DNA of 55,822 nt from a virus. The stretch lies in IMG/VR virus record IMGVR_UViG_3300031565_000042. The stretch is one strand, 5' to 3'. Position 1 is the first letter of the stretch. The number at the start of each line of letters is the position of its first letter. Under the pieces are notes generated by a model. It searched no databases. It saw nothing but the letters and a program-made list of their open reading frames with translations, and had not been told where the DNA came from. Shown here piece after piece: positions 16,467 to 25,669 of this stretch. The translations under genes and the position numbers were made by a program.

Positions 16467-16648
16467 GGTTTTTTTGCCTTTCCTTTGTGAGAATTAAACC
16501 TGGCTTGATAGTCGAGAGCATCTGGGATTTGATGGTGTACGGACCATTGAATCGTTCGCTCAGTTCCATCGGCTAACTGGATCACGGCTTGAAGCTCATA
16601 CATCGACCCGAACCGCACAGGCCCTTCCAAGTGTATTTCAGCCTTCAT
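16463..16648 (-). CDS. hypothetical small protein
   Basis: Internal Met (MKAEIHLEG...) forms an ATGA overlap with the stop of the XRE gene. ATGA-coupled to the next gene. Confidence 0.5.
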   Translation of the reverse strand: MKAEIHLEGPVRFGSMYELQAVIQLADGTERTIQWSVHHQIPDALDYQARFNSHKGKAKKP

Positions 16649-16893
16649 GCCGAGATCGCTTCCAATCTTTCCTTTCGTGTTGAGGGAAAAAAGAAATTCA
16701 TGTCGACCTTGAACAAGCGGCACAACGCAATCAATGCCTTGATGCCTGGAAGTGTTTCCCCATTCAACCACCGATAGACCAATTGCCTCGTCACCTTAAT
16801 TTTTTCGGCCACTTCCGGCACCGTCATATGATTGGCTTCAATCAACACACTCAATCGTTCATACTGAAATTCTTGATCTTTTTTCTTCCCCAT
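16645..16893 (-). CDS. XRE-family helix-turn-helix transcriptional regulator (Cro/CI-like)
   Basis: RLSVLIEANHMTVPEVAEKIKVTRQLVYRWLNGETLPGIKALIALCRLFKV is a typical HTH_XRE. AAAGGAG lies 6 nt upstream of the ATG at 16893. Confidence 0.85.
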   Translation of the reverse strand: MGKKKDQEFQYERLSVLIEANHMTVPEVAEKIKVTRQLVYRWLNGETLPGIKALIALCRLFKVDMNFFFPSTRKERLEAISA

Positions 16894-16929
16894 CACAAAC
16901 TCCTTTCCCAATTTAAAGTATCCTTTCTC

Positions 16930-16959
16930 AATGTAAATTTGTTGACTTTACAATGTCAA
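16930..16959 (-). promoter_or_regulatory. candidate sigma70-type promoter with interleaved inverted repeats (operator-like)
   Basis: The minus strand reads TTGACA-N17/18-TTACAT/TACATT. On the + strand, TGTAAA (16932..16937) pairs with TTTACA (16947..16952), and TTGAC (16942..16946) pairs with GTCAA (16955..16959). Confidence 0.4.
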
Positions 16960-16979
16960 TCACTTTTCTTTTTTGTGAA

Positions 16980-17180
16980 TCAGACCACCTCAACCCATTT
17001 CATACAGGTACGAAGAAGGTGGTCATAATCTCCTGCCATGGCTTCACTTGTGAATTCGCTGATTTTCTCTTTCGGGATTTTCTTTGCCTTCATCCCTTGT
17101 GACACGATGCCTAGAATGTTCCAAGCGTTCCCGTCCTTGCCGGTCAACTTCACTCTGACTTCAGGAAAAATTGGTTCCAT
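16980..17180 (-). CDS. conserved-looking small phage protein
   Basis: 66 aa. VKLTGKDGNAWNILGIVSQGMKAKKIPKEKISEFTSEAMAGDYDHLLRTCMKWVEV. Confidence 0.6.
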   Translation of the reverse strand: MEPIFPEVRVKLTGKDGNAWNILGIVSQGMKAKKIPKEKISEFTSEAMAGDYDHLLRTCMKWVEVV

Positions 17181-17313
17181 CTTCTTTTCCTTTCGTTGTT
17201 AAATTATAAAAAAAATCTGCCGCTGCATCTAAATCCTCTGGTAGAATTTCATCGGCCTCCTTCCAGTTCAATGTGGGAGGTTGGATCTTAAGTTTTTCAA
17301 ATTCATCGGACAT
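17161..17313 (-). CDS. possible small acidic protein (50 aa)
   Basis: Internal Met MSDEFEKLKIQPPTLNWKEADEILPEDLDAAADFF... of track ORF 17161..17478. It fills the 122-nt gap. Confidence 0.4.
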   Translation of the reverse strand: MSDEFEKLKIQPPTLNWKEADEILPEDLDAAADFFYNLTTKGKEDGTNFS

Positions 17314-17800
17314 ACTTTTGCAGTGCCTTCCATGCTCGAAAGCAGGTTTCAGCGACAGAATCATTGTGGTCCAAGAGCTTAAATCGTTGAAAGCCATCCA
17401 CCATTTCGAATGCGATTTCATCCATGACCTTATATGAGTCCAAACAAAACAACCTTTGTCCGGTTTGAAGTTTCCCATGTGCTATCAAATCACTGACCAC
17501 TCGTTCAACGTCATTGGTGACGGTAAAAAACCTGTCATGTGGTCCCACATCTTCAATCAGCACAAAGTCAGTTGTCGAAAACAGGATGCGGTAGTGCGCT
17601 CTGTTAATGTGTGATTCCTCCGCAATAGGGATCTCAGTGCTGCCATCATTTAAGAAGGTTTCCATCAAAGCCTCTGCCGAGCGTTGAGTGTTCCGAAGCA
17701 CAGCATAATTTTCATCTCGCTCTGAAGTCTTTTCCACTTTGGCCAACAACGTTTTCAAAGCATGGATGGCCAGCTGCTTTATCTCTTTCGTCATTCTCAT
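17303..17800 (-). CDS. hypothetical protein
   Basis: Start moved to MRMTKEIK. GGAAAGGAA lies about 10 nt upstream and the start follows the upstream stop at 17817. Confidence 0.6.
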   Translation of the reverse strand: MRMTKEIKQLAIHALKTLLAKVEKTSERDENYAVLRNTQRSAEALMETFLNDGSTEIPIAEESHINRAHYRILFSTTDFVLIEDVGPHDRFFTVTNDVERVVSDLIAHGKLQTGQRLFCLDSYKVMDEIAFEMVDGFQRFKLLDHNDSVAETCFRAWKALQKYVR

Positions 17801-17816
17801 TTTTTTGATTCCTTTC

Positions 17817-18125
17817 CTAGTTAAAGTGTGGTCCGAATTCTTCTTCTTCCTCATCAATACATTTGGATTTCTCCACCTCATCATTGATGCTCTGAATTTC
17901 ATCCAGTAAATGCTGGGCCGTCAATGGCCTACAAGACTTATTTTCCAATTGGTCATTGATTAAGAGTTCGACCACTCTCAGGCAATCACCAACTAAAGAT
18001 TTCGCGCCTTCAAGTTCACTTCGTGAAAGGGGATCGGATTCCCCTTCCTTCAGCTCCATCAAGGCCGTAAGGCAATCAGACAGATGGATTGCCGTGTTGT
18101 AAAATCTACAATAGGACATATTCAT
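17817..18125 (-). CDS. hypothetical protein
   Basis: 102 aa. MNMSYCRFYNTAIHLSDCLTAL... TGATG overlap with the upstream small ORF. Confidence 0.6.
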   Translation of the reverse strand: MNMSYCRFYNTAIHLSDCLTALMELKEGESDPLSRSELEGAKSLVGDCLRVVELLINDQLENKSCRPLTAQHLLDEIQSINDEVEKSKCIDEEEEEFGPHFN

Positions 18126-18247
18126 CAGCGGTACCTTCCGTTAATAAGTTGCGATCCTTTGCCAACCATGATCTTCGGCCACATCTTCAGCCGAAGATCC
18201 ATGGCCAGCTGCATCAAAAATCTGGCCCTTTTTTCTTGCTCATTCAT
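18125..18247 (-). CDS. small protein (40 aa) missed by the ORF track
   Basis: MNEQEKRARFLMQLAMDLRLKMWPKIMVGKGSQLINGRYR. Its ATG overlaps the upstream stop (TAATG) and its stop overlaps the next ATG (TGATG), so it bridges the gap exactly. Confidence 0.6.
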   Translation of the reverse strand: MNEQEKRARFLMQLAMDLRLKMWPKIMVGKGSQLINGRYR

Positions 18248-18489
18248 TAAGCGATCACCTCATCATATTTTTTCACCATGTCAAAAAGTTGACCGGCCTC
18301 AGTGTGAAAATTGGCATCCTGTAAAGCTTCAGCTGAAGTCTCAAGGATGGCCACTCCGTCCCACTCAAAGAAGTGGGAAACCAGAAGACCCATGGCTTCT
18401 GAATCAGTGGCCTTGTATCCATCTACAAAAGAATTCTTTTTGATCGTGCCCAGCAATTCTCGAATTAAAGCTTTGGTCAAGTCATCCAT
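18247..18489 (-). CDS. hypothetical protein, first gene of the leftward operon
   Basis: Start moved to MDDLTKALI, which has AAGGAG 8 nt upstream. Confidence 0.6.
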   Translation of the reverse strand: MDDLTKALIRELLGTIKKNSFVDGYKATDSEAMGLLVSHFFEWDGVAILETSAEALQDANFHTEAGQLFDMVKKYDEVIA

Positions 18490-18529
18490 GGTGTCAGCTC
18501 CTTGGTTGATTGTTTGTGTCATATACCCT

Positions 18530-18558
18530 TATCTACCGATTTCAGAAAAACTTGACAA
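18530..18558 (-). promoter_or_regulatory. candidate leftward promoter
   Basis: The minus strand reads TTGTCA (18558..18553)-N17-TAGATA (18535..18530), at the edge of the 330-bp divergent intergenic region. Confidence 0.4.
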
Positions 18559-18821
18559 CTATTTTTCATTATCTCTCATTTCTTCTTTACACTATCACCC
18601 AGATAATAGGCTGTAAAGGTAGACAACTATATAGAAGGAAGGCTTTTAGAATAAGGCCATTTGAAAGACTATGATTTTTCTGCTTTTTCCTGTTGATTGG
18701 TTGATGTTGAGCACACATCATCTGCAGAAAAGTACGTCATTGAGCCATAACCTATTGATAATATACAGGAAAGTGGCGTAAATGCTTATTGAATATATTT
18801 TGTTTACAGAGTCAAGTTTTC

Positions 18822-18849
18822 TTGAAAAAGTAAGATAAGATTATATAGA
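18822..18849 (+). promoter_or_regulatory. candidate rightward promoter
   Basis: TTGAAA (18822..18827)-N16-TATAGA (18844..18849), just upstream of the first + strand ORF. An extended -10 candidate, TGaTAATAT, also lies at 18756..18764. Confidence 0.35.
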
Positions 18850-18881
18850 ATATGTATAAGGCCCACACATTAACCGGGGGA

Positions 18882-19091
18882 ATGACGATGACAAAACGAC
18901 CAACCAGACTGAGCCAAAAAAAATCATTAGAACAAGCCAGTGCAAAATTCATTGAGAGCCAAAAGTACGCCTTAAAATTGGCTCATGACCTGATTGGGCG
19001 CATTGATAACTATAAGACAGGTAACCAAGTCCACTGGGGGCATGTTGGTGATATGGACCATCTAGTTAAACAATTAGAAGAGCTCATTTGA
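18882..19091 (+). CDS. hypothetical protein
   Basis: First ORF of the + strand block. The start is ambiguous among 18852, 18882 and 18888; GGGGGA precedes the latter two. Confidence 0.55.
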   Translation: MTMTKRPTRLSQKKSLEQASAKFIESQKYALKLAHDLIGRIDNYKTGNQVHWGHVGDMDHLVKQLEELI

Positions 19092-19153
19092 TAACGAATT
19101 GACCAGATTAGAAGACTGGCACCACCAACCAAAGGAAAAAACCAAGGGAGAAA

Positions 19154-19330
19154 ATGAAGATGAAAAACAAAACACAAAAATTAGAAAAGACATTTAGAGA
19201 CTTTATGGATGAAATGGTTGCATACAGAAACAAGGCTGAAACTATGGGCGACTTCAATGTGTCCTGTAAGGCCGAAAGAGAAATGGAAAATTCTTTTCGG
19301 GAAATGAAGAAAAATTTAGTTTATCGATAG
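19154..19330 (+). CDS. small protein (58 aa) missed by the ORF track
   Basis: MKMKNKTQKLEKTFRDFMDEMVAYRNKAETMGDFNVSCKAEREMENSFREMKKNLVYR. It is preceded by ACCAAGGGAGAAA, a leader similar to that of the next gene. Confidence 0.55.
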   Translation: MKMKNKTQKLEKTFRDFMDEMVAYRNKAETMGDFNVSCKAEREMENSFREMKKNLVYR

Positions 19331-19381
19331 GTCAATAGAAACCAGGGCAATTTTGCCAACCAACCAAAGGGAGAAAAAACC

Positions 19382-20215
19382 ATGATGCTTTCAACACAAA
19401 ATTCTAATGGCTTGAGCAATGACCAGCTGATGGCGACTTGCCCTTCCATCTTTGCCATGACTCCATGGGGTGGGGATGCCACACACAAAGGGATGTCAGA
19501 CAAGTATGATTTCATCCCAACCATTCAAGTCATTGACAAAATGAGGGACGAGGGATTGCTGCCAGTCAAAGCCATGCAAGCCAATACCCGCATCGAAGGA
19601 AAGGGAGAATTTACCCGCCACATTATCCGGTTCCGGTCTTCCCGCCTCAGCTGGAATGTCGGGGATTCACTTCCGGAAATTGTTTTGGTCAATTCCCACG
19701 ATGGCAGCTCAAGCTATCAACTCTCGGCAGGGATTTTTCGACTGGTGTGCTCCAATGGAATGATCGTCAAGAGTCATGACTTTGGCAGCTATACTACACG
19801 GCATCAAGGGAACGTGATTGATGGGGTCTTGGATGCTACATACAAAATCATGGACGATATACCGATGCTGGAAGCGAGGGTTGCCGAATACCAATCCTTG
19901 ACCCTTTCCCAATACCAGCAAAAGGAATACTGTGAACGAGCCATTGGCCTTCGGTGGGATAAGGACGAGAACGGCCAGTACCCTTGTGACCCAACCCAAC
20001 TCCTTCGCACAAGACGTTCAGCCGACAATGGCGACTCTCTGTGGTTGACCTATCAACGGGTCCAGGAAAACCTCATCAAAGGCGGGATCCGACCTCTCAG
20101 CCACCATGGAAGGAAGACTCGCAAGGTGATTTCTCCATTGGCCGATTACAAACTGAATCGGGATTTGTGGGCATTGACAGACGCCACAGCTCATCCTGAG
20201 TCGGTGGCTTACTAA
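19382..20215 (+). CDS. DUF932 (DUF945) family protein
   Basis: 277 aa. IVLVNSHDGSSSYQLSAGIFRLVCSNGMIV is the characteristic DUF932 core. Confidence 0.8.
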   Translation: MMLSTQNSNGLSNDQLMATCPSIFAMTPWGGDATHKGMSDKYDFIPTIQVIDKMRDEGLLPVKAMQANTRIEGKGEFTRHIIRFRSSRLSWNVGDSLPEIVLVNSHDGSSSYQLSAGIFRLVCSNGMIVKSHDFGSYTTRHQGNVIDGVLDATYKIMDDIPMLEARVAEYQSLTLSQYQQKEYCERAIGLRWDKDENGQYPCDPTQLLRTRRSADNGDSLWLTYQRVQENLIKGGIRPLSHHGRKTRKVISPLADYKLNRDLWALTDATAHPESVAY

Positions 20216-20230
20216 GTAGAAACAAGGTGC

Positions 20231-20488
20231 ATGGGAGCTGTCAGAGCTACTAGGAACAAAATGGTCGCCAACCGCTACATCAAACAACCACTTTTAACCA
20301 CGGAGGATGGCATGCGAATTGAAAGACGAAAACACAATCGGGCCTTACTGGATTTCCTGGGTGAATCCCTTGGCAAGCTTTGGGCAAAAAATCTAGAGAT
20401 TTTCGCTCAAAAGAAAAGTATCAAATTGTTTCGGCAGTGTGAAGAATGGAAGAAATTCGGCACTTTGCTTTGTCGGTCAAGCCAATGA
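20231..20488 (+). CDS. hypothetical protein
   Basis: 85-aa ORF. An alternative start at 20261 has AGGA upstream. Confidence 0.5.
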   Translation: MGAVRATRNKMVANRYIKQPLLTTEDGMRIERRKHNRALLDFLGESLGKLWAKNLEIFAQKKSIKLFRQCEEWKKFGTLLCRSSQ

Positions 20489-20685
20489 AACCGACACACA
20501 AACTCAAGGAAGGCGACACAGTTTTCCTGCAATTCCACGGGACACCGAAACCTATCTTTAGCGAGGAAGGCGATTTCTGGGTAAATGTTCAAGTGGTGGA
20601 TGCACTGGAAAATGATTTGTATATAGTCAAGCCTGTTTCAGGTCACGGATGCAAGGTAGTTTCCATTAAAAGACTTTTTTATTGA
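20485..20685 (+). CDS. hypothetical small protein
   Basis: Start at MKPTHKLKEGD forms an ATGA overlap with the upstream stop. Confidence 0.55.
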   Translation: MKPTHKLKEGDTVFLQFHGTPKPIFSEEGDFWVNVQVVDALENDLYIVKPVSGHGCKVVSIKRLFY

Positions 20686-20698
20686 TACGGAGGTTCCC

Positions 20699-20872
20699 AT
20701 GAGCAAAGACCAAACAACGAGAGGCATGATCCGAATTTACAGTGCATTGCGAGCCATGGACAAAAACATTCAGCGGGTCCAAGCTATTGCTGACGGTTAT
20801 CCGATTTCTTTATCTTCCCAGGAAAGGAGTTGTGATGCGAAAGGAACACCAGCTGGAAGTGGGCAACGAAAT
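20699..20872 (+). CDS. small protein (57 aa) missed by the ORF track
   Basis: GGAGG lies 6 nt upstream of the ATG. Product: MSKDQTTRGMIRIYSALRAMDKNIQRVQAIADGYPISLSSQERSCDAKGTPAGSGQRN. Confidence 0.5.
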
Positions 20873-21041
20873 TGAGATTGACGGTCAGCGGTATTGGATA
20901 GCCAAAGTAGATGGCAATACTCTTGACTTAATGCGTGATCCAGACACTTACAGCCACATGAAGAAGAAATCATGTCCAAGCTTTTGGCCAACCTTTTTTC
21001 TACTTGTGTTGATCGTTATTTTCATCAAAATATTTTTCTAA
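20835..21041 (+). CDS. small protein with C-terminal TM segment
   Basis: AAAGGAG lies upstream of ATG 20835. The C-terminus is FWPTFFLLVLIVIFIKIFF. Confidence 0.5.
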   Translation: MRKEHQLEVGNEIEIDGQRYWIAKVDGNTLDLMRDPDTYSHMKKKSCPSFWPTFFLLVLIVIFIKIFF

Positions 21042-21051
21042 CGAGGTGAGT

Positions 21052-21267
21052 ATGGACAATCAGGGTGAAGCCTTTGAATCTTACGAAGCCTATTTAAAAG
21101 AACATCAGGCATCAGTTGATCGACTGATGAACCTTGAGCATGTGCCGCGCTACATTCGGCTGATGGAGTTGAAAGCCATTCTTCGTGCTTTGCAAAAGAT
21201 TACCATTGAGGTTGATTCCGTCACTAATTTTCTTGAACGTACCCACCAAAAAGATCAAACAAGTTGA
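21052..21267 (+). CDS. hypothetical protein
   Basis: GAGGTGA lies just upstream of ATG 21052. The 3' end overlaps the convergent minus-strand gene by 13 bp. Confidence 0.55.
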   Translation: MDNQGEAFESYEAYLKEHQASVDRLMNLEHVPRYIRLMELKAILRALQKITIEVDSVTNFLERTHQKDQTS

Positions 21268-21725
21268 CCCTCTGATTCAAGTTCCATGGCCCCTGGCTTG
21301 ATGCCTAGAGCCTGTTCACAAGCCAAGATTGCCCCATCGAAGACCGCATCAATGTAGGATGCAACCAGTGCTGTATTTTCACCATTTTGAATGTAAGGGC
21401 GAAGGCGAATCATGAAGACCTGCAACATGCCCTTCGTGACTTGCTGGTAGACGGGATCCAGACCTTTCACGAATGCAAGTGTGATAGGTTCCACTGTGGA
21501 TGGATCTTCAGCCATGGCCAATTGCACCGTAGATCGAGCCTCCTTAAAAATCTCCATAAGCTTTTGGATTTTATCCGGTGGCAGTTTTTGAGAATGGATG
21601 CCCACGGCCATAATCGTCTGAGCCAATACTTGCGCTTCGAACGGGCTGGGTGGTGGTTGCTTGACTCCCGTACCGCCTGCACAGCCAAACATCAAAAGAA
21701 TGAAACAGATCAAGATTGTCGGCAT
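21255..21725 (-). CDS. putative lipoprotein
   Basis: N-terminal MPTILICFILLMFGCAGGTG is a hydrophobic signal ending in a lipobox-like FGC. Confidence 0.55.
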   Translation of the reverse strand: MPTILICFILLMFGCAGGTGVKQPPPSPFEAQVLAQTIMAVGIHSQKLPPDKIQKLMEIFKEARSTVQLAMAEDPSTVEPITLAFVKGLDPVYQQVTKGMLQVFMIRLRPYIQNGENTALVASYIDAVFDGAILACEQALGIKPGAMELESEGQLV

Positions 21726-21738
21726 GGTGTTTTTCCTT

Positions 21739-22958
<1,220 letters not shown>

Positions 22959-23262
22959 CTATGCCTCTAGCAATGACACTGAGTTCGATTCGCATGTCTC
23001 CCATGGTATTGTTGATTTCCTTCATCGTTTCCTTAACTTCCTTCATATCTTTTTCAATAGGATCGATCCGCATCTTCGCTTCGATGGTGATTGGGGCCAG
23101 CTTAAGCTTTTCTATAATTCGATCATTGACCCATGATTCAGTAGCCAAAGTGGAATACAGAGTCATCAAACTGAGCAGTCCGGCAAGGCCGATCCCGCCC
23201 AACAATAAAGAATTTTTCTCCGGCATGTGCATATCCGTCCCTTCTGATTCTAAAAACGATCA

Positions 23263-23466
23263 TCAGAAAACAGGCTTGCCTTGAAATTTCTTTACGCCTT
23301 TCCTGAATGCTCCCGTACCTGTCATCACCACGCCTGCTTCCTTGATTGTGCTTCCCGTTGCAGGATCGACAGTCGCTTCCACTACAGCACCAACGCCTTC
23401 AGCCACTAAACCGGCAATCGTGAGCCACCCATTGATAGCCCAGAGAATGGATAGTACAGCTCCCAT
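23263..23466 (-). CDS. putative holin
   Basis: 67 aa. Hydrophobic segment MGAVLSILWAINGWLTIAGLVAEGVGAVV and a basic C-terminus. It lies upstream of the endolysin. Confidence 0.5.
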   Translation of the reverse strand: MGAVLSILWAINGWLTIAGLVAEGVGAVVEATVDPATGSTIKEAGVVMTGTGAFRKGVKKFQGKPVF

Positions 23467-23505
23467 GATGTTCCTTTGGTTAAGTATAACCCCTTTCAGG
23501 TTTAC

Positions 23506-23937
23506 TTATGAAAGATTGAATCGAAGTTCAATGGTTGGGGTCAGTGGTGTTCCATCAATTTTACAACCCACTTCATTCGATAGGGGACTTTCATTCCCGC
23601 TTTTATCCGAAGCCGAGATAGCAAAAAAGGTATCACCTTCTGGCAGTGCAATTTTATGAACCACCGTGAAGGTTCCGTCGCCATTATCAATGGCCGTGCT
23701 TGGGTCATGCGGAATGTCGATGGTTCCCACACCTGTCCCGCCTTTGATGATGCCACCGTTCGGCCCATAATAGAGCGTGTATTTTTCCATATCTGGCTCA
23801 GAATTGTATTTCCAAGCCAATCCGCTTTTTTCGTTGCACACCGGCAAGGCTTGACTCAATCCCAAAGCCGGAAAGCCAAAGGCTAAAACGACAAGAAGGA
23901 ACAACTGAGTCGGTAAGAAACCTTGAATATGTCGCAT
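23506..23937 (-). CDS. secreted FN3/Ig-like protein
   Basis: Signal-like LFLLVVLAFGFPALGLSQA. FAISASDKSGNESPLSNEV is an FN3-type motif shared with 21739..22596. Confidence 0.6.
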   Translation of the reverse strand: MRHIQGFLPTQLFLLVVLAFGFPALGLSQALPVCNEKSGLAWKYNSEPDMEKYTLYYGPNGGIIKGGTGVGTIDIPHDPSTAIDNGDGTFTVVHKIALPEGDTFFAISASDKSGNESPLSNEVGCKIDGTPLTPTIELRFNLS

Positions 23938-23957
23938 GACTTCCTCCTATGTTAAAG

Positions 23958-24641
23958 CTAGGCAACTGTAAGTCGATGCGCCAGCCAGTTGGTTGCAGAC
24001 TCGCCCACGAATTTTATGGCTTGCCATTGGGTTGTGATTGTGAGATTTGAGGCTGATGCATTCATTGTATCAGCTCCACCTCTTGCAATGGTCAAGGCCG
24101 TGGCTGCACCAACGCTTGTAATCAAAACTTCTTTTCCTGGTGCCGCTTGAGGAAGAGTGATCGTGAAGGCCCCGCCTATAGTATTGCCATTGATTTTCCG
24201 ATCATTGGGCAAGGCTTGATAAGTTGTGGAAACATCAGTCACATAGTCGAACAGTTCTCTTGTTATGTCAAAAATATCAACCCCATCGGTCCAGATCCAA
24301 TGGACATAGTTTCGGTCCAGAACAATATTGGCCCCACCGCCGCCAATGACTTCAAAGTCCAACACAAAGGCTCCGGTGGTGTTGTTCTTCAGCATGTAAA
24401 GCATATTGCGAGCTGGCACCGTAACCGTCACATTCCCAGTGAGAATGCCTGAGAATTCTAACCGCATATCTCGCACTTGGTCGTTGGTCAGATCCACATC
24501 ACCAGGTCCACCTGCAACATCAATATTCGAAGCCGATGTTATCTTTCTTTCCAGAATATCGGTTCCCTCATTGACGGTGACTTCCTTTTGGCTTTGACCT
24601 TGTTCAACATGGTCGATGATGAGAATCGGGCTTTGTGGCAT
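23958..24641 (-). CDS. DUF2793-type tail fibre protein
   Basis: N-terminal PILIIDHVEQGQSQKEVTVNEGTDILE matches the DUF2793 signature (Q.QKevt.NE...lD). Confidence 0.6.
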   Translation of the reverse strand: MPQSPILIIDHVEQGQSQKEVTVNEGTDILERKITSASNIDVAGGPGDVDLTNDQVRDMRLEFSGILTGNVTVTVPARNMLYMLKNNTTGAFVLDFEVIGGGGANIVLDRNYVHWIWTDGVDIFDITRELFDYVTDVSTTYQALPNDRKINGNTIGGAFTITLPQAAPGKEVLITSVGAATALTIARGGADTMNASASNLTITTQWQAIKFVGESATNWLAHRLTVA

Positions 24642-24652
24642 TGGTTCAGCTC

Positions 24653-25669
24653 CTACACAACAGCATTGGCGGGGTATCCCCTACCGATGAGGTTGCTCAT
24701 TTGATAAATCGTCACGGCCACTCTACTTTGAATTCCTCCAAAGTCTGTGGTCTGGTCTGCGACGGTATAGATGAATTGCTCGCTGGTGCTTTCAAGGGTT
24801 CGCACCACGGCTCCGGTATTGTCCGAGATGTCCATTTCATAACTCTCCTGGTCTTGACCAAGAGGTACATCGACAAAATCAATCCACTCAAACCTGATCC
24901 GGCTCCGACGATGAAAGGTGATGGTGATTTCCCCCGGCCCATCCCTCGTACTTCGAATAATGGCTGGCTTCCAAGGTCTTTGACTGACCCCAGTGTTCAC
25001 GAATGGAGTCACAGCTGCAGAATAGACTGGCAAGCCTGCGCCAATAATTTTCAGGAACCGTTGAGCGTTGGTGTCTTCCGTATTCTGCACCACTCGGCGC
25101 ACAGAATCGGAATCCAGCACAACGAACGTTTCTCCGGCCACATGCGCTGACATATTCAACTCCGTTCCCAACCGGCCTCGCAACAACCTACTCAGTCGGT
25201 AAATGTTGTTTCCTAAATCCGTGCTCGTGACCCATTGAATAATTTCGCTCCCAAGCAGAGCCACATTGGCCCCATTGAGCACGACCAAATCATTGGCCGC
25301 TGACCCTGGTGGTGTGCCGGTAAACATTTTGATATCGACGGAATGCACTTTGTCAAAGACCATCCAAGAGGGAAGGCCAGGACGAGGCTCCCCTTTGGAT
25401 GGCCGTGCGACCTCAATAACAATTTGTGAAAGCTGGGCTTCAGACAATGGTTCCGCACGAACCACTTCCACCACCACTTGAGACACTTTGATCGCTTGAG
25501 CTGGTGGGATTGCACGTAGAACATCCACAAAGGAACCGGATTGCCTGACCACTGGGGCTGAAGATTTTCTTAATACCTCAACCACCTGTTGCGTGACCTG
25601 AATGGAAGGGGCGTCAGGATTTCTGGCCACCTCGACGGCCTGTTGCGTGACCTGAGGTACGTTCGCCAT
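24653..25669 (-). CDS. tail fibre / host-specificity accessory protein
   Basis: N-terminal repeats QVTQQAVEVAR / QVTQQVVEVLR / KVSQVVVEVVR / LSQIVIEVAR. The later IYRLSRLLRGRLGTE resembles the LLRG..GT motif of GTA/gpJ-type host-specificity proteins. Confidence 0.6.
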   Translation of the reverse strand: MANVPQVTQQAVEVARNPDAPSIQVTQQVVEVLRKSSAPVVRQSGSFVDVLRAIPPAQAIKVSQVVVEVVRAEPLSEAQLSQIVIEVARPSKGEPRPGLPSWMVFDKVHSVDIKMFTGTPPGSAANDLVVLNGANVALLGSEIIQWVTSTDLGNNIYRLSRLLRGRLGTELNMSAHVAGETFVVLDSDSVRRVVQNTEDTNAQRFLKIIGAGLPVYSAAVTPFVNTGVSQRPWKPAIIRSTRDGPGEITITFHRRSRIRFEWIDFVDVPLGQDQESYEMDISDNTGAVVRTLESTSEQFIYTVADQTTDFGGIQSRVAVTIYQMSNLIGRGYPANAVV

